Shown here one piece after another: positions 12,340-23,800 of a stretch of DNA of 64,000 bases (the stretch's first letter is position 1; each line of letters starts with the position of its first letter). This DNA is from Octopus bimaculoides (lineage: Eukaryota): positions 39,760,898-39,824,897 of the forward strand of contig NC_068998.1 in NCBI RefSeq assembly GCF_001194135.2. The letters run 5' to 3'. The notes below the pieces were generated by a model, which saw only the letters and a list, made by a program, of their open reading frames with translations, ran no database searches and was not told the origin of the DNA. A program made the position numbers and the translations under genes.

Positions 12340-12570
12340 ATAGCGTGCTGCCATATCTGTGCTGGTGCCATGTAGTAATGCCTGTGCCAGTGCCACATGA
12401 AAAGCACCTAGCACACTCTAGGTAAAGTGGTTGCTGTTAGGAAGTGCATCCAACCATAGAAACCAAACCAAATCAGATTGGAGCCTGGTGCAGCTCTCCT
12501 GCTTGCCAGTTCTGGTCAAACCATCCAATCCATGCCAGTATGGAAAATAGATGTTAAATGATGATGATCA
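12340..12570 (+). mobile_element. SINE family C (GGAAGGGCATCCAGC core, (TGA)n RTE-like tail)
   Basis: Matches copies near 14.0-14.3, 36.5-36.8, 40.7-40.9, 43.2-43.4, 53.6-53.8, 57.6-57.8, 58.8-59.0, 61.55-61.88 and 63.0-63.4 kb. Confidence 0.8.
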
Positions 12571-14639
12571 CACACACACACACACACACATTCACAAAGG
12601 CTTCTGATGTGACATTTGCCAGTGACAACTGTTTCATTTTAAACTACCCCCCCCCATCCCCTCGTCATTTTTATTTATATACACTCCCTTACTACTCCCC
12701 ACTACCACCACCATGACTGCTTCTCACTTCAACACAGCAGTTGTATGTAATAAGTAAGTTGCCATCATCACAAGTTTGTTATTATCCATCCACATTGCTC
12801 CTGTCTTGAGATTCCATTAAAATAGGAGACATTGCCTCCCTCAAGGGACATTTTTTTCTCCTTGTAGTCAATGTTATCTTTAGGTTGATCTTGTCATTTC
12901 ACAGCTGTGCAAAATCTTGCCACATATTGAAGCAAGGAACTGATGTCTTTGACAGACAAATTCCAAGCCTGCTTTTCTATTGACTGGCTTGTTGAAACTG
13001 TCTAGAAATGTAATTTTTCTCCTAAGATGGCAGAAATGGTAACATACCAGACTTAAGTTTATTATACATTTGTAGCCAGTTAACAACAGTGCTATTGGGT
13101 GTAGGTTTTCAATGAACCAATCACTTGCTCATCGTATTTTTAACAGTGACTAGGGAATGTCTCTGGAACTTGGGATGGAACAAATACCAGAGGGTATTTT
13201 TATTAGAAAGCAACAGTTTGCGTTGGCTTCTATTTTGCTGGTGTTTATATTCTTCACTGATGCACACCAAACCCCACACGTTCATTTGTTTTATGTCTGT
13301 TTATCTATGTTAGCACAAGTTAGATGAATACATATTATTGAGACAACCTTTTACAGCCAGGTGACCTAGTTGCTAACTCTTAACTGTTTTTCAAGTAAGG
13401 AATATTTTCATCAAACTTCTCACTTGTTTACAAAAAAAGACAGAGCTAGCATATAATTTGTAGACAAGGAATTAAAAAACATTGCATGCACACACACACA
13501 CTTTTATGTGTACGTGTGTGTGTGTTTAATATCATCAATTTAATGTCTACTTTTCCATGTATGCATGAGTTAGTTGGAATTCATTGGGGTAGAATTTCCA
13601 TGGCTGGTTGCCCATTCTGTCACCACTCTTCACCCGTTTCTAAGTAAGGTAATATTTCCCCATGGCCAAACATGTTTCCATGGAAGATTGGAAATGAAGG
13701 ACACAGCTTGTATGAAGGTGACACTCATTTACAGATATCACATAATGTCCGGGCAAGGGGACTCACACACACACACACAAATCTGTAGGTAGATATATGG
13801 TGGGCTTCTTCCAAGTACCCTTAGTTAAAAAGTTCAATTAAGTGCTCCAGGCTTTATTCAGTATGGAGAGTGATGTAATTCATTCATGGAGAATTTCTCT
13901 ATGATTCACTGATTGGTTCAACCCAACGATAATATCCATTGAGTAGAAATGATTCTGTGCGTCTGAGAGAAGTAAAAGCTCTGTGAATAAATTGTATGTA
14001 TCATCATCATTTGGTGTCCATTTTCCATGTTGGCATGGGTAAGATGGTTTGACTGGGGCTTGTAAGCTGGAGAGCTGCACCAAGCTCTAGTCTGTTTTGG
14101 CTTGGTTCTGCAGCTGGATGCCCTTCGTATCGCAAACCACTCCACAGAATGTGCTGGGTGTCTTGTGTGTCACCTGCACAGGTGCCTTTTACTTCTCACC
14201 GGCACTGGCCATGATCACGATTTCACTTAGCTTGATGTGTCTTCTCAAGCACAACAAATTACCAGAAGTCTCAGTCACTTGTCATTGCCTAGAATAGGTG
14301 CAAATATCTATGTATGTATGTACATGGATGGATGGTATATATGTGTACACATATATATATGTATGATGTGTGTTTGCCATGAAAAACTGTACTCTGTACA
14401 CTATGTAAAGTAGTTGACCGTATATCTGGGCCTATTTTTGTTCAGCATGTACCTTAAGACAGTAGGGTGTGATCTGAGGAAGATTTATCTGTTATTTCTA
14501 GCAGGTCAAGCAGCTTCATAGAACCTCCTTTGTTGGCTTGTTTAGGACTTGGGGTTAGCAGTGAGGTGAAGCAGAGGTGGGGATGAGGATGGAACATGAA
14601 ATGAATTTTAGTTATAAATGGTGTAAATAATGATAGTTG

Positions 14640-14880
14640 TGATAGTGACGACGACGATGATGGTGGTAGTGGTGGTGATGCTGATGCTGATGATGTTGTC
14701 GGTGGTGGTGGTGATGATGATGATGAGGGTGCTGAACTTGATACAGAGATAATGATGAATGATGATGTTGATAATAATGGTGGTGATGACAATGGTATTG
14801 ATAGTGGTAGTGAGGAGGAGGAGGACACTGACACAGGTAGTTATGATGAGGATGATGAAGTTGATAATGGTGGTGGTGCA
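14640..14880. repeat. Degenerate (GAT/GGT)n trinucleotide tract
   Basis: Directly visible, intronic. Confidence 0.85.
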
Positions 14881-14987
14881 GCCAGGAGAAGGAGAAGGAG
14901 GATACTACAATTTTTTTTTTTTTTTCATCTTTAATTTTTGTTTCCTTTCTACCATTTCAGCTGAGTAAAATCAAGAATCTTTAGAAG

Positions 14988-15164
14988 ATGGCATCAAATA
15001 CTTTTCGCAGCCAGGCCATTGCTGCAGTTGTTGTCTCTGTCACAGCTGTCATCAAAGCCATTCCTGAGACTTTGGGAATTAACAAATACAAAGAATTTTT
15101 CCAGTTCTATGATGCAACAAAACCAAAACCAATAGACAATGACACCAATGAACTTTTAGAAGAG
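14988..15164 (+). CDS. TMEM177: Transmembrane protein 177, first main coding exon (MASNTFRS...NELLEE, 59 aa)
   Basis: Acceptor tttcag at 14960, ATG at 14988, donor GAG|GTAGGT at 15165 in phase 0. Joins in frame to 16270. Resembles the TMEM177 N-terminus (hydrophobic stretch, P.T.G..Y..F.Q.Y). Confidence 0.85.
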
Positions 15165-15361
15165 GTAGGTTTCTCTGTAAGACATGCAGCCAGGTTCTCT
15201 TCCTCTTCTTTTCTTCTTCCTCCACTCACTCCCCTTCCCCTCCTCTTTTTCTTATTGAGTCAAAAAAGTAAAACACCAGTCAATTACTGGGATCACTAAT
15301 TGTCCACTCTCTCTCTTTACAAAAATTACTGGCCTTGTGCCTATAATAAAAAAAGAAGAGG

Positions 15362-15945
15362 ATTATTGTTGTTATTTTATTGTCTTTGCACAACCTCTAA
15401 TGCTGGAGATGTACTATGGTATGAGCTGTTCACTACCACTGAACTAAGATAACACCCTTTAGTTTTCAAGCACCATCCAGAGTTTTCAAGCGATTCCAAG
15501 CAGTGCTGTTTTCTGCAATTGCTCCAACCTTATTGCAGCCCCTATTTGTTCCAGGTACTTCTCAAGATTTTTACTCACTGTTCCTGGGGCTCCAATAATT
15601 ATTGGTACTACAACCACCTTTTTCAGCAACCACAACTGCTTAACCTCCCAAGCTAACCTGTCAAATCTATCAACTTTTCTTTCTTCTTTATCATATACCC
15701 TGTTGTCAGCTGGGCATGCTATGTCTCTGACCCAGCATCGTTTGCTTTCTTTCTCAATTAACACTATGTCTGGTTTCCTTTTCCCTCTCATGGTCACACT
15801 GGATCATAAAATCCCATGGGATATTTGCATTATCATATTCAATGATGCCTTTGGGTTTATGTTCATACCACTTTTTTGCTCTGTCAAGTCCTTACTTGTT
15901 GCAAAGTGTCCAATGGACAATCCTTGCTATGTTGTGTCTATAGTA
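15362..15945 (-). mobile_element. 3' fragment of an R4/Dong-type LINE with a restriction-like endonuclease domain
   Basis: RHNIARIVHW..C, WYEHKP, WDF.IQCDH, KPDIV...DIACP, VVPIIIGA.G and LQKTALLG motifs, followed by a short 3'UTR and AAT-rich tail. Intronic in TMEM177. Confidence 0.88.
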
Positions 15946-16269
15946 GAAAGGTATCTAAAGATGGCAAGCTGGCAGAATCTTTAGCATGCCAGGCAAAATC
16001 TTAGGGCATTTTGTCTGTCTTTACATTCTGTGTTCAAATTCTGCCGAGTTCAACATTGCCTTTCATCTTTTCGGCGTCAATAAAATAAGTACCAGTTGAG
16101 TACTGGGTCAATGTGATTTACTAGCACCCATCCCCAAAATTGTAAGCCTTGTGCTTATAATAGAAACAGTTATTATTATTATCATTATTATTATTTTGTT
16201 CAAATGTTTTATTGTTGTTGTTTTTTGGCATTTATTCAATGTTCTTATTTTTCTTCTTTGTCTTTACAG

Positions 16270-17013
16270 ACACTTTTCAAAATAAACCTTGATCCTCAAT
16301 TGGAGAGCAGACTTGAAATGTTTGTTAACTATGGCCAGGACATCATACACAAAGGTAGTTTACACATGAAGAGTGGTGCCATAATCGGCCTCCCGATCTT
16401 CTTCAGCTACAAAGAATTGTCAGACATCCATACAGCACACCTAAAACTGAAAAACAAATCTATTGATTGGAATACTGAAAATGGACAGAAATTTTCAAAT
16501 TCTATAATTATGAGCAACAAAGCTAAAAAGTTTGCTATTGCACGAGAAATTCATTATGTTGCAGACCACAACATCGCCATTGAGTGCGGTCTATTGGTGT
16601 TCAACATGAGTGCTGTTTATTGTGCTTATTTTGCAATGGATGGCCTTTATCGCCTCAATCAAAAGATGAAGTTGTTTGGCAAGGTTTTCTTGGCTAGTTC
16701 CTTCTACCTTATGGCCTTAGGAAGCTACTTATTTATGTATGATATTTACCAGCGCCGGAGAGACCGGCATGCCGATTCAAAAGCTGCAAAATTAGGGAAG
16801 GATTATATTGAAGGAGGAATAGAATTTTATAACTTGTTGCTGCAAAGAAATGCAGCATTGTATGCTTTGCTTGGTGAAGATGGCAAGAAAATTTACACAC
16901 CATTTGGCAACACAAAGATTTCTGTTCGAATGAAATCTCTACCAATAACTGCTCGAAGAGATTTTATGAAAGAAATTCTTGCTAAAGAATCAGAGGAGAA
17001 ACTGCAGAGTTGA
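16270..17013 (+). CDS. TMEM177: Transmembrane protein 177, last coding exon (247 aa; total 306 aa), mitochondrial inner-membrane complex IV assembly factor family
   Basis: Acceptor tctttacag at 16269. Diagnostic motifs GAIIGLP, IDW, AKKFAIARE, GGIEFY..LL..N.AL..LLGEDG.K.YTP.GN and LP.T.RRD. Confidence 0.95.
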   Translation, partial: TLFKINLDPQLESRLEMFVNYGQDIIHKGSLHMKSGAIIGLPIFFSYKELSDIHTAHLKLKNKSIDWNTENGQKFSNSIIMSNKAKKFAIAREIHYVADHNIAIECGLLVFNMSAVYCAYFAMDGLYRLNQKMKLFGKVFLASSFYLMALGSYLFMYDIYQRRRDRHADSKAAKLGKDYIEGGIEFYNLLLQRNAALYALLGEDGKKIYTPFGNTKISVRMKSLPITARRDFMKEILAKESEEKLQS

Positions 17014-17040
17014 TGTTGATCCAATTATTTTGAAATTAAT

Positions 17041-17046
17041 AATAAA
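17041..17046 (+). terminator. Candidate polyadenylation signal of TMEM177
   Basis: AATAAA 27 nt after the stop. An alternative lies at 17594-17599. Confidence 0.4.
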
Positions 17047-17679
17047 AAAAAAAATGAAGTATCTTTGAAACATGTCAGCTTGAGAAGGCATCTGAGACAA
17101 GAACTTTTGGTGTTTTGTTTTTAACCCATTCACTACCATAATGTTCACAACTTGGATCTCTGCTGTTCATTCATTTCACATTTATTTTTCTATAGTAACA
17201 TGAGTAAGATGAACGCATATTATTGAAGTATTATTTTACAGCTGATACCGTTCTTGTTACTAACCCTTATCTGTTGTTCACGTAAGGGACCTCTTTTGTT
17301 TCACTCATCTGAAAGTGCTGACCTAGTGAACAAGAAATTTCACTAACTTACACTGTTTCTAGCTCAACACTTTCATGCAGAGACACATGTCCATGCCTAC
17401 ACAGACATAGATATTTATTATATATATGACAGGCTTCCAAACAGTTTCCATCTATCAAGTCCACACACAGGGCACTGTTCGCTTTTGGGCTACAGAAGAT
17501 GCATTCCTAACATGCCATAGTGTGAGATAGAATTCCTTGTCAGCTTAAAATATCTCATTTAAAGTCTGTCATTTTCCCATGTATTAACTACAGAATAAAT
17601 CTTACTTAACTAAGTAAATATGGCAGTATGCTGGTTATTGAACTCATGTTACTTACAAAAGTCTCTTAGGGAGTCAGAC

Positions 17680-17850
17680 TAAAGGGACATGCAGTAATTT
17701 ATCAGGGAGTTAAAGAGACAAACAGTAGATTGCTGGGAAGATAAAATAAAGGGACATGGTTGTCTGTTGGGGAATTAAACTAAAGGGACAATAGTTTATT
17801 AGGGAGCTAAATTAAAGAGGCATACAGTAGTCTGTTGAGATAATATAGAA
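17680..17850. repeat. Degenerate minisatellite, about 5 x 32-36 bp (TAAAGGGACA...)
   Basis: Recurring TAAAG(G/A)GACA heads at regular spacing. Confidence 0.7.
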
Positions 17851-18140
17851 GTAAATGTTATCTGCTATTAGATTCAGAAGGTTAGAAAGAAATGAAGTGT
17901 AGCATCATCTGTGTGGGAGTGGGCATTATTGGAGTTGATGGTAAGTCATTCATGTGCCAGAGGAAAAGTGTTATGGAACAAAACTGAACCTTGAATGAAA
18001 GAACTAAAATACAAATATTAAAAATCAATAGTCATTATTTAATGAATGAGTTTATTGCTTAAAAAAATCCATCAAAATCTGATTTCCCCAAATAACTTCA
18101 ATCATTTTCTTTGATTTAGCTTCCCACTGCTTGTAAATTA

Positions 18141-18499
18141 TCTTCTTTGGCACTCCATCAGTCACAACGACGAGGGTTCCAGTTGATCCGATCAACAGAA
18201 CAACCTGCTCATGAAATTAACGTGCAAATGGCTGAGCATTCCACAGACACATGTACCCCTAACATAGTTCTTGTGGAGATTCAGCATGACACATAGCGTG
18301 ACAAGGACGGCCCTTTGAAATACAAGTACAACAGAAACATGAAAGAGTACGGCAGGGTTCACCACTACCACCTGCCGGAGCCTCATAGAGCTTTAGGTGT
18401 TTACGCTCAATAAACACTCACAATGCCTGGTCTGAGAATCGAAACCGTGATCCTATGACCACAAGTCCGCTGCCCTAACTATTGAGCCATTGTGCCTCC
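18141..18499 (-). mobile_element. tRNA-derived SINE (family E)
   Basis: Minus strand begins with a tRNA-like head, GGAGGCACAATGGCTCAATAGTTAGGGCAGCGG...GGTTTCGATTCTC (A and B boxes), followed by a non-tRNA body. Confidence 0.75.
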
Positions 18500-18833
18500 A
18501 TGCTTGTAACTATATATTGTAGCAGTGTTGCTACAATATACAATACACATGCAATGTTTCATAATTGTAAACAATACAGTGTATACACTAACCATAAGAT
18601 GCCTTGGGGCTAAGTCTTCAATATCTTCATTTTCATAAGTTTGCATTAGTTTTTTTCTTATCCTCAAATGCTAGGCTATCTCATTTCCCCCCAGTTTGAC
18701 CATGGTTATTTTTAAGAGTGGAACCCAAAGTAGACGAAAGTATAAAGAATAGCTTATAAGATATTTTGTTAAAAAACTCACTGGATAGAAAATGTTGAAG
18801 GGTATCCTTCAACTTTTTCTATTATCCAAGGGT

Positions 18834-18839
18834 TTTATT
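18834..18839 (-). terminator. Candidate polyadenylation signal of the Ly6 gene
   Basis: AATAAA on the minus strand about 1 kb after the stop. One of several candidates. Confidence 0.3.
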
Positions 18840-19811
18840 TTTAACCTAATATCCTTCATACTTTTATTTATGGCTTTACCTATTTCAAATTCCACTGTTA
18901 AGAATAATTTACTTCATATCTCTCAAAATTACTAAGTTCATATAATGTTAAACATGTTTATCTTATACAGGAGGCATTGTATTTAATAAAATATCTTGTA
19001 ATCTGAAGTTCTTTAATGCAAAATTAATTTTCCTATTGATTCCATGTATATGGAAGTCAAACAAAAGATATGTTTTGCATTATGGAACACCTGCTTATGC
19101 AAAATTTTCATAAATGCAACATTTCTGCTCTACTGGGAATCCTGGAATTAAATTTCTCACATAAATAGATATGTTAGGTCATCTAACAAGCAAAAGATAT
19201 GTGGTCCTGTTTCTTGTTTGTGTTTATAATGAAAAAAACTATGGAAGCCATACTGGTGATGAATAAGGCAGGAGAGAGGTACATGTTGCTGTTAATAGGC
19301 ATTTCCATCACCATTAAGTTGTTTGAAGTGGGTACAATATGATGGTAGTTAGAACCAGAACCAGAAGTATTATGTTTCTTGGGTATTGAACACTATTTCC
19401 AAAGATTGGGATATTCCCCAAGGGAGAGAAAGAGAGAGATTGAAGTATCTGGTGCAAGTTGGAGGGTGTATTATTTCAAGATAATAGAGCATTGTCAGGG
19501 CAGGTATCCTTGTTGGTTTGAAATGACTGAAGTTATTTTCATACTTGGCATGTATGTATATATGGTGGTGAGTTTGATGGAATGGAGATTTCCCTTGTGT
19601 GTAGTGTGGAGCATGATGTATAGCAAGCGACAAATGGGAGAACTTCTTATAAAACCATCATCATTAAGAAAGTGGGGAAAGGTAAATTCCACAAAGTTAA
19701 CAGAGATCCTTTGTGCAAGTGACCAAAAGAAGGATCAACTGTAGTTTGGAAGATGGGAATACTTGTGGATTACCTAATGTAAAGAGTCATTCTTCATGGG
19801 TGACTGGATAA

Positions 19812-20047
19812 CTAAAATAAGATATAGAATAATAAGAGTGAAAAGGAAAATTTCAGTGCCAGAATGTCAAATTTTCCTTTTGAAGCTCTATTGCAAAGAT
19901 TTTCTAAACAAAAGCAATAGAATTTAGGTTCCTCAACAGTTGGAATTTGGCTAATATTGCGACATCCTTCTTGGTAATTTATATCTAAAAGATCGAAGTA
20001 CTGTTCCTGTTCAGAAGTGACACATCTGCGATCAGCTTTAAAAGGAT
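19812..20047 (-). CDS. Ly6/uPAR three-finger (quiver/sleepless-like) protein, last exon
   Basis: Acceptor ttattattttcag, phase 1. Encodes DPFKADRRCVTSEQEQYFDLLDINYQEGCRNISQIPTVEEPKFYCFCLENLCNRASKGKFDILALKFSFSLLLFYILF*, with CxC...LCN followed by a GPI-type hydrophobic tail. Confidence 0.88.
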
Positions 20048-20239
20048 CTGAAAATAATAATAAAAGTAATCAAGCTTGTAAAGAAATGTTATCCAATTAG
20101 TTAAATTATATTTCAGTCAATATGTGAATATATATCTCAACATGTCGTAACCTTGACTACAGAGAGAGACAAAAGATAAAGTTAATCTTAACAGGATTTG
20201 AACTGAAAATGTAATGATCTGGAGCAAAAACTGCTTTAA

Positions 20240-20446
20240 CCCTTCAGCATTTAAACTGGCCCTATCTGGCCAAAACATTTTATCTGCTTTATGTTCAAAT
20301 CAACTAGATGTGTCCTCTCATACCTACACTATGGTCTTATTCTAAAAATAAACAATCACATCATTAAAATCTCAAAGCTATGAGATAATGCATGATTAAT
20401 TCAAAACAATGTGAATAAAGAAGCATTACTTCTGAATGCTAAAGGG
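20240..20446. mobile_element. piggyBac-type MITE
   Basis: TTAA|CCCTTCAGCATT ... AATGCTAAAGGG|TAAA (right TSD degraded). Confidence 0.75.
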
Positions 20447-20560
20447 TAAATCATTCACCAGGATACCAGGAATGAAATTCTGGGAGAGAAAGTTGATTAA
20501 ATGAACTTCAGAACTTGATCCTGAAGAGATAAGTGGGATTTGGACTCCCAATATAAGTTA

Positions 20561-21820
20561 TTAGGTTGTCCAGAAAGTTCTGAGCGTTTTTGAGCTAAAT
20601 CTTTTAACTCTTCATTGAACACACCTGAAATATAACAGTTAAAACATTAGTGTTGCTTGAAGTGGTAGTGCATCTCTTCTTTGTTCCTGATTAAAAATTG
20701 ATTTATCTTTCATTCCGGTTACCCTTTATTGACATTTGAAATGGATAACCAAAAACTTCATATTCGCTTTGTAATGCTTTTCTTTTTTAAAAAAGGAGAA
20801 AATACTGCAAAGGCTTGCAAAACCATTTGTGAAGTTTATGGTGGTAGTGCTGTAGGTGAATCAACTGTTCAAAGATGGTATGTAAAATTTTAAGCTGTAG
20901 AGTTTAGCTTGGAAGATGACAGTCACAGAGGAAGACCTTCAAAATTGGATGAAGATGTTTTGAAGGCAAAAATCGAAGAAAACTCAAATGTCATGACTAA
21001 AGAACTTACAAAAGAGTTGAAGGTTTCTAAAAATGCAGCTCATGAACACCTAGTGAAGCTAGGATACATTTCTTGCTATAATGTATGGGTCCCTCAAACT
21101 CAGAAAAGAATTGCTTGGACTGGTTTTCCATTTATGATATGCTTTTGAAACAGAATGCAAGCATGCCTTTTTTGAAACAATTTGTGACTGAAAATGAAAA
21201 ATGGATTGTGTACAAAAACGTAGGGTAAAAAAGATCCTGGAGTTTGTGTAAGGATCCCCCAAAACAGCAACCAAAGATGAAAAGCCATGCTTTGTGTCTG
21301 GTGGGATTATAAAGGCATTATTTATTATGAGCTCTCACAAAACCAGACCATTAATTCTGACGTGAACTGTCATCAGCTGACTAATTTGAACTAAAAAATC
21401 AAAGAATTGAGGCCAGAGATTGCCAACGGGAAAGGGGTAGTGTTCCAACAAGACAATGCCTGACCACATGTCTTTGGCTACCCAAATAAAGTTACATGAA
21501 CTTGGTTGGGATCTCTTACCCCATCTACCATATTCTCCTGATATTGCACCATTCAACTACCACTTATTTTTGTCTCTACAGAACTCACTGCAAGGAAAAA
21601 CATTTAATTATTTAGATGGAGTCAAAATGCATCTAGATAACTTTTTTCTTCAAAACCAGTCAAATTTTATGCTGATGGAATATTTAGATTGCCTTATAGA
21701 TGGACAAACGTCATTAATAATAATGGAAATTATTTCATTAAATAAAATTTATTGAAAGGTCAATTATTTACATCCCTTTTTGCATATTAAAAAATGCTCA
21801 AAACTTTCTTTGAAACCTAA
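20561..21820 (+). mobile_element. Full-length decayed DD34D mariner in the Ly6 gene intron
   Basis: TA|TTAGGTTG...AAACCTAA|TA. Transposase from 20741 (MDNQKLHIRF...) to about 21755 with stops and frameshifts. Motifs WVP, FQQDNA and YSPDIAP; the third D appears as N. Confidence 0.92.
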
Positions 21821-22473
21821 TACAACAACTGCAAGGCATTTTGCCCAATACTCTAACAATTTTGCCACTCCTCTTCCACAAACAGATTGATCTAAGAATG
21901 CTATCAAAAAGAAACAAAAAAAAAAGCACCAAAACAAAAAAATGTATCATTATCATCATCATCATCTTAATGTAGGTATAGACCTAGCCATGTGATTAAA
22001 AAATTGGTTTCACAATCACTTGATCCTACTGTATAAGATACCTTATGTGTCTTATACCATAACATTGAATCAACTATATAATATTGCTTACAATATTGAT
22101 ATGGGAAGACAGAAACTGGAAAGACTTGCTTGTCAGTTAATTGGCTATGACCATTTGAGCATGTCCTTTAATGGCTGACAATTTCTGCATCTCTGATCAT
22201 GAGCAGGAGTAGTGGGGGAGCATCAAAGCAATGTATTGAGAAGGATTCTTTGGGGTTCGAATAAATGTAACAAAAGCAGAGTTTGAAGGAAATATTAGCC
22301 ATTTTTCATACTTTCTAGGGGTAAGCAAATAGAAAATAACAGTTGCTACCCAAGGACAAAAATCGTATTTGTGTATTGCTTAATATCCACTCTGAAATAA
22401 ATGGAGTCTGTCCACACACCAGAAAGAAAAGAGAATAATATATGAAACTTAGAAAAGATCTTCAATGTCTTAC

Positions 22474-22590
22474 CACTATAATCCACTGTTGTTTGACATT
22501 TATTGCAGCCAGAGACAACACTGTACTTGTCAATGGTGAAGTTTAGCAAATATGAACAACGGTGACACGCATAACAATTGATGTTGACCA
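22474..22590 (-). CDS. Ly6/three-finger protein, middle exon (VNINCYACHRCSYLLNFTIDKYSVVSGCNKCQTTVDYS)
   Basis: Strong acceptor tcttcctatatttcag and donor G|GTAAGA. 117 nt, phase 1-1. CxxC start typical of Ly6; joins in frame to 20047. Confidence 0.88.
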
Positions 22591-23129
22591 CTGAAATATA
22601 GGAAGAAACATGAGAATGATCAGGCAATGTAGAGTATTGGATATAGATTCAGTGACACTATCTATTCATGTCAGGAAAAAATACTAGGTAACTTTGAATG
22701 TATTTCAACATTATTCTGACCTCATCATTAAAGTATAGTCTTCTCCATACTTGCTACAAAAAAGTGATGAATGAATTTAATATTAGGAAACTAGAAATTT
22801 ATTATGTTGTGAAGCAAAAAATAAAACTTATTAATCAATAACTAATAGTTTTCTGTTTATGAAGTTTTAAATATGGGAAGACATCTCTCGAACTTTTTCT
22901 GGCCCCCCATTGAAGTAAATCACCAACCCAGTATTTTCCATGGTAGTTACCAAAGAATCACTATATAAATACAATTATACATTTATTTATGTGTAGGAAA
23001 AATATGATCATTTGGAGGTTAAAACTCACAAACACTAGCCACTATACAAGAAAATAATAGCTTAGTCATAATATAATTAATGCATGGAGCATAAAAAAAA
23101 ATAAACATGGTGGAAAAAATTTTCATTAG

Positions 23130-23334
23130 CCCTTTTGATGCTAACACATCTGAGACTACTGGTTCTTTGATACAAACTTCTTGTTTTAAAAAGCATTTAA
23201 TTAAAACATTCCATCAAATTTTCATTTCATGTTCCAAACACCAGTTTAATAAAGACAAACTAAAGTCTTAATTATTTTCAAAATTAATTCAAACTAAGGC
23301 AATGTAATTCAGCTGAAATATGGTAATAACTGTG
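23130..23334. mobile_element. Degraded piggyBac-type MITE (second family)
   Basis: TTAG|CCCTTTTGAT ... GTG|TTAA. Internal similarity (ATGTTCCAAACACCAG) to the region near 51170-51200. Confidence 0.4.
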
Positions 23335-23411
23335 TTAATCAATGTCAGGTTTTATTTTCATAGTTCCAGCAAATACAGAAGTATCTAGACATGTTTTGGA
23401 CTTATACTGAC

Positions 23412-23448
23412 CTCTGCAGAGAAATGCAGCTAAAAATCTAATATATAT
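23412..23448 (-). CDS. Ly6 protein, probable signal-peptide exon (IYIRFLAAFLCR)
   Basis: Acceptor ttttattttatag, donor GAG|GTCAGT. Phase 0 to phase 1, matching the 22590 exon. Confidence 0.55.
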
Positions 23449-23564
23449 CTATAAAATAAAACTTGAAATTTTAAAAGAATTGCATGATGTGCCTCAGTAA
23501 ATATATGTGCAGTATCTGTTTTATTATTTTTCTAATTAAACTCCAATATAATCATAATCTACAC

Positions 23565-23800
23565 CGTCTGAAAGGTATTTGTAGAAAATTTCATGACCAA
23601 ATACCAATTTTTCTGAAAGTTATGAGGAAACAAATTCAACTCGTGTGAATTATCTGAAACTCTCACCTACCTACCCTAGGGAAAAAATTTCACAACAAAT
23701 TCTGATATAATTGGAATTCACACCATATGAAAGGTATTTGTAGAAAATTTAATTATAAAACACCAATTTTTCTGAAAGACGTGAGGAAGCAAAGTTAAAG
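23565..23800. repeat. Two direct copies of an about 70-bp unit (TGAAAGGTATTTGTAGAAAATTT...), about 160 bp apart
   Basis: Copies start at about 23569 and 23728. Confidence 0.75.

Noticed and set aside
14454-14968. Ser/Pro-rich and Asp-rich ORFs
   Set aside because: Intronic trinucleotide repeat with no splice or homology support.
16204-16269. N-terminal part of the 269-aa ORF (MFYCCCF...)
   Set aside because: Intronic polypyrimidine tract; the real exon starts at 16270.
18400-18499. tRNA gene
   Set aside because: The tRNA-like head runs into a SINE body and has no clean cloverleaf. The same applies to the family A heads.
19379-19744. 121-aa plus-strand ORF
   Set aside because: No recognisable motif; lies antisense in the probable Ly6 3'UTR.
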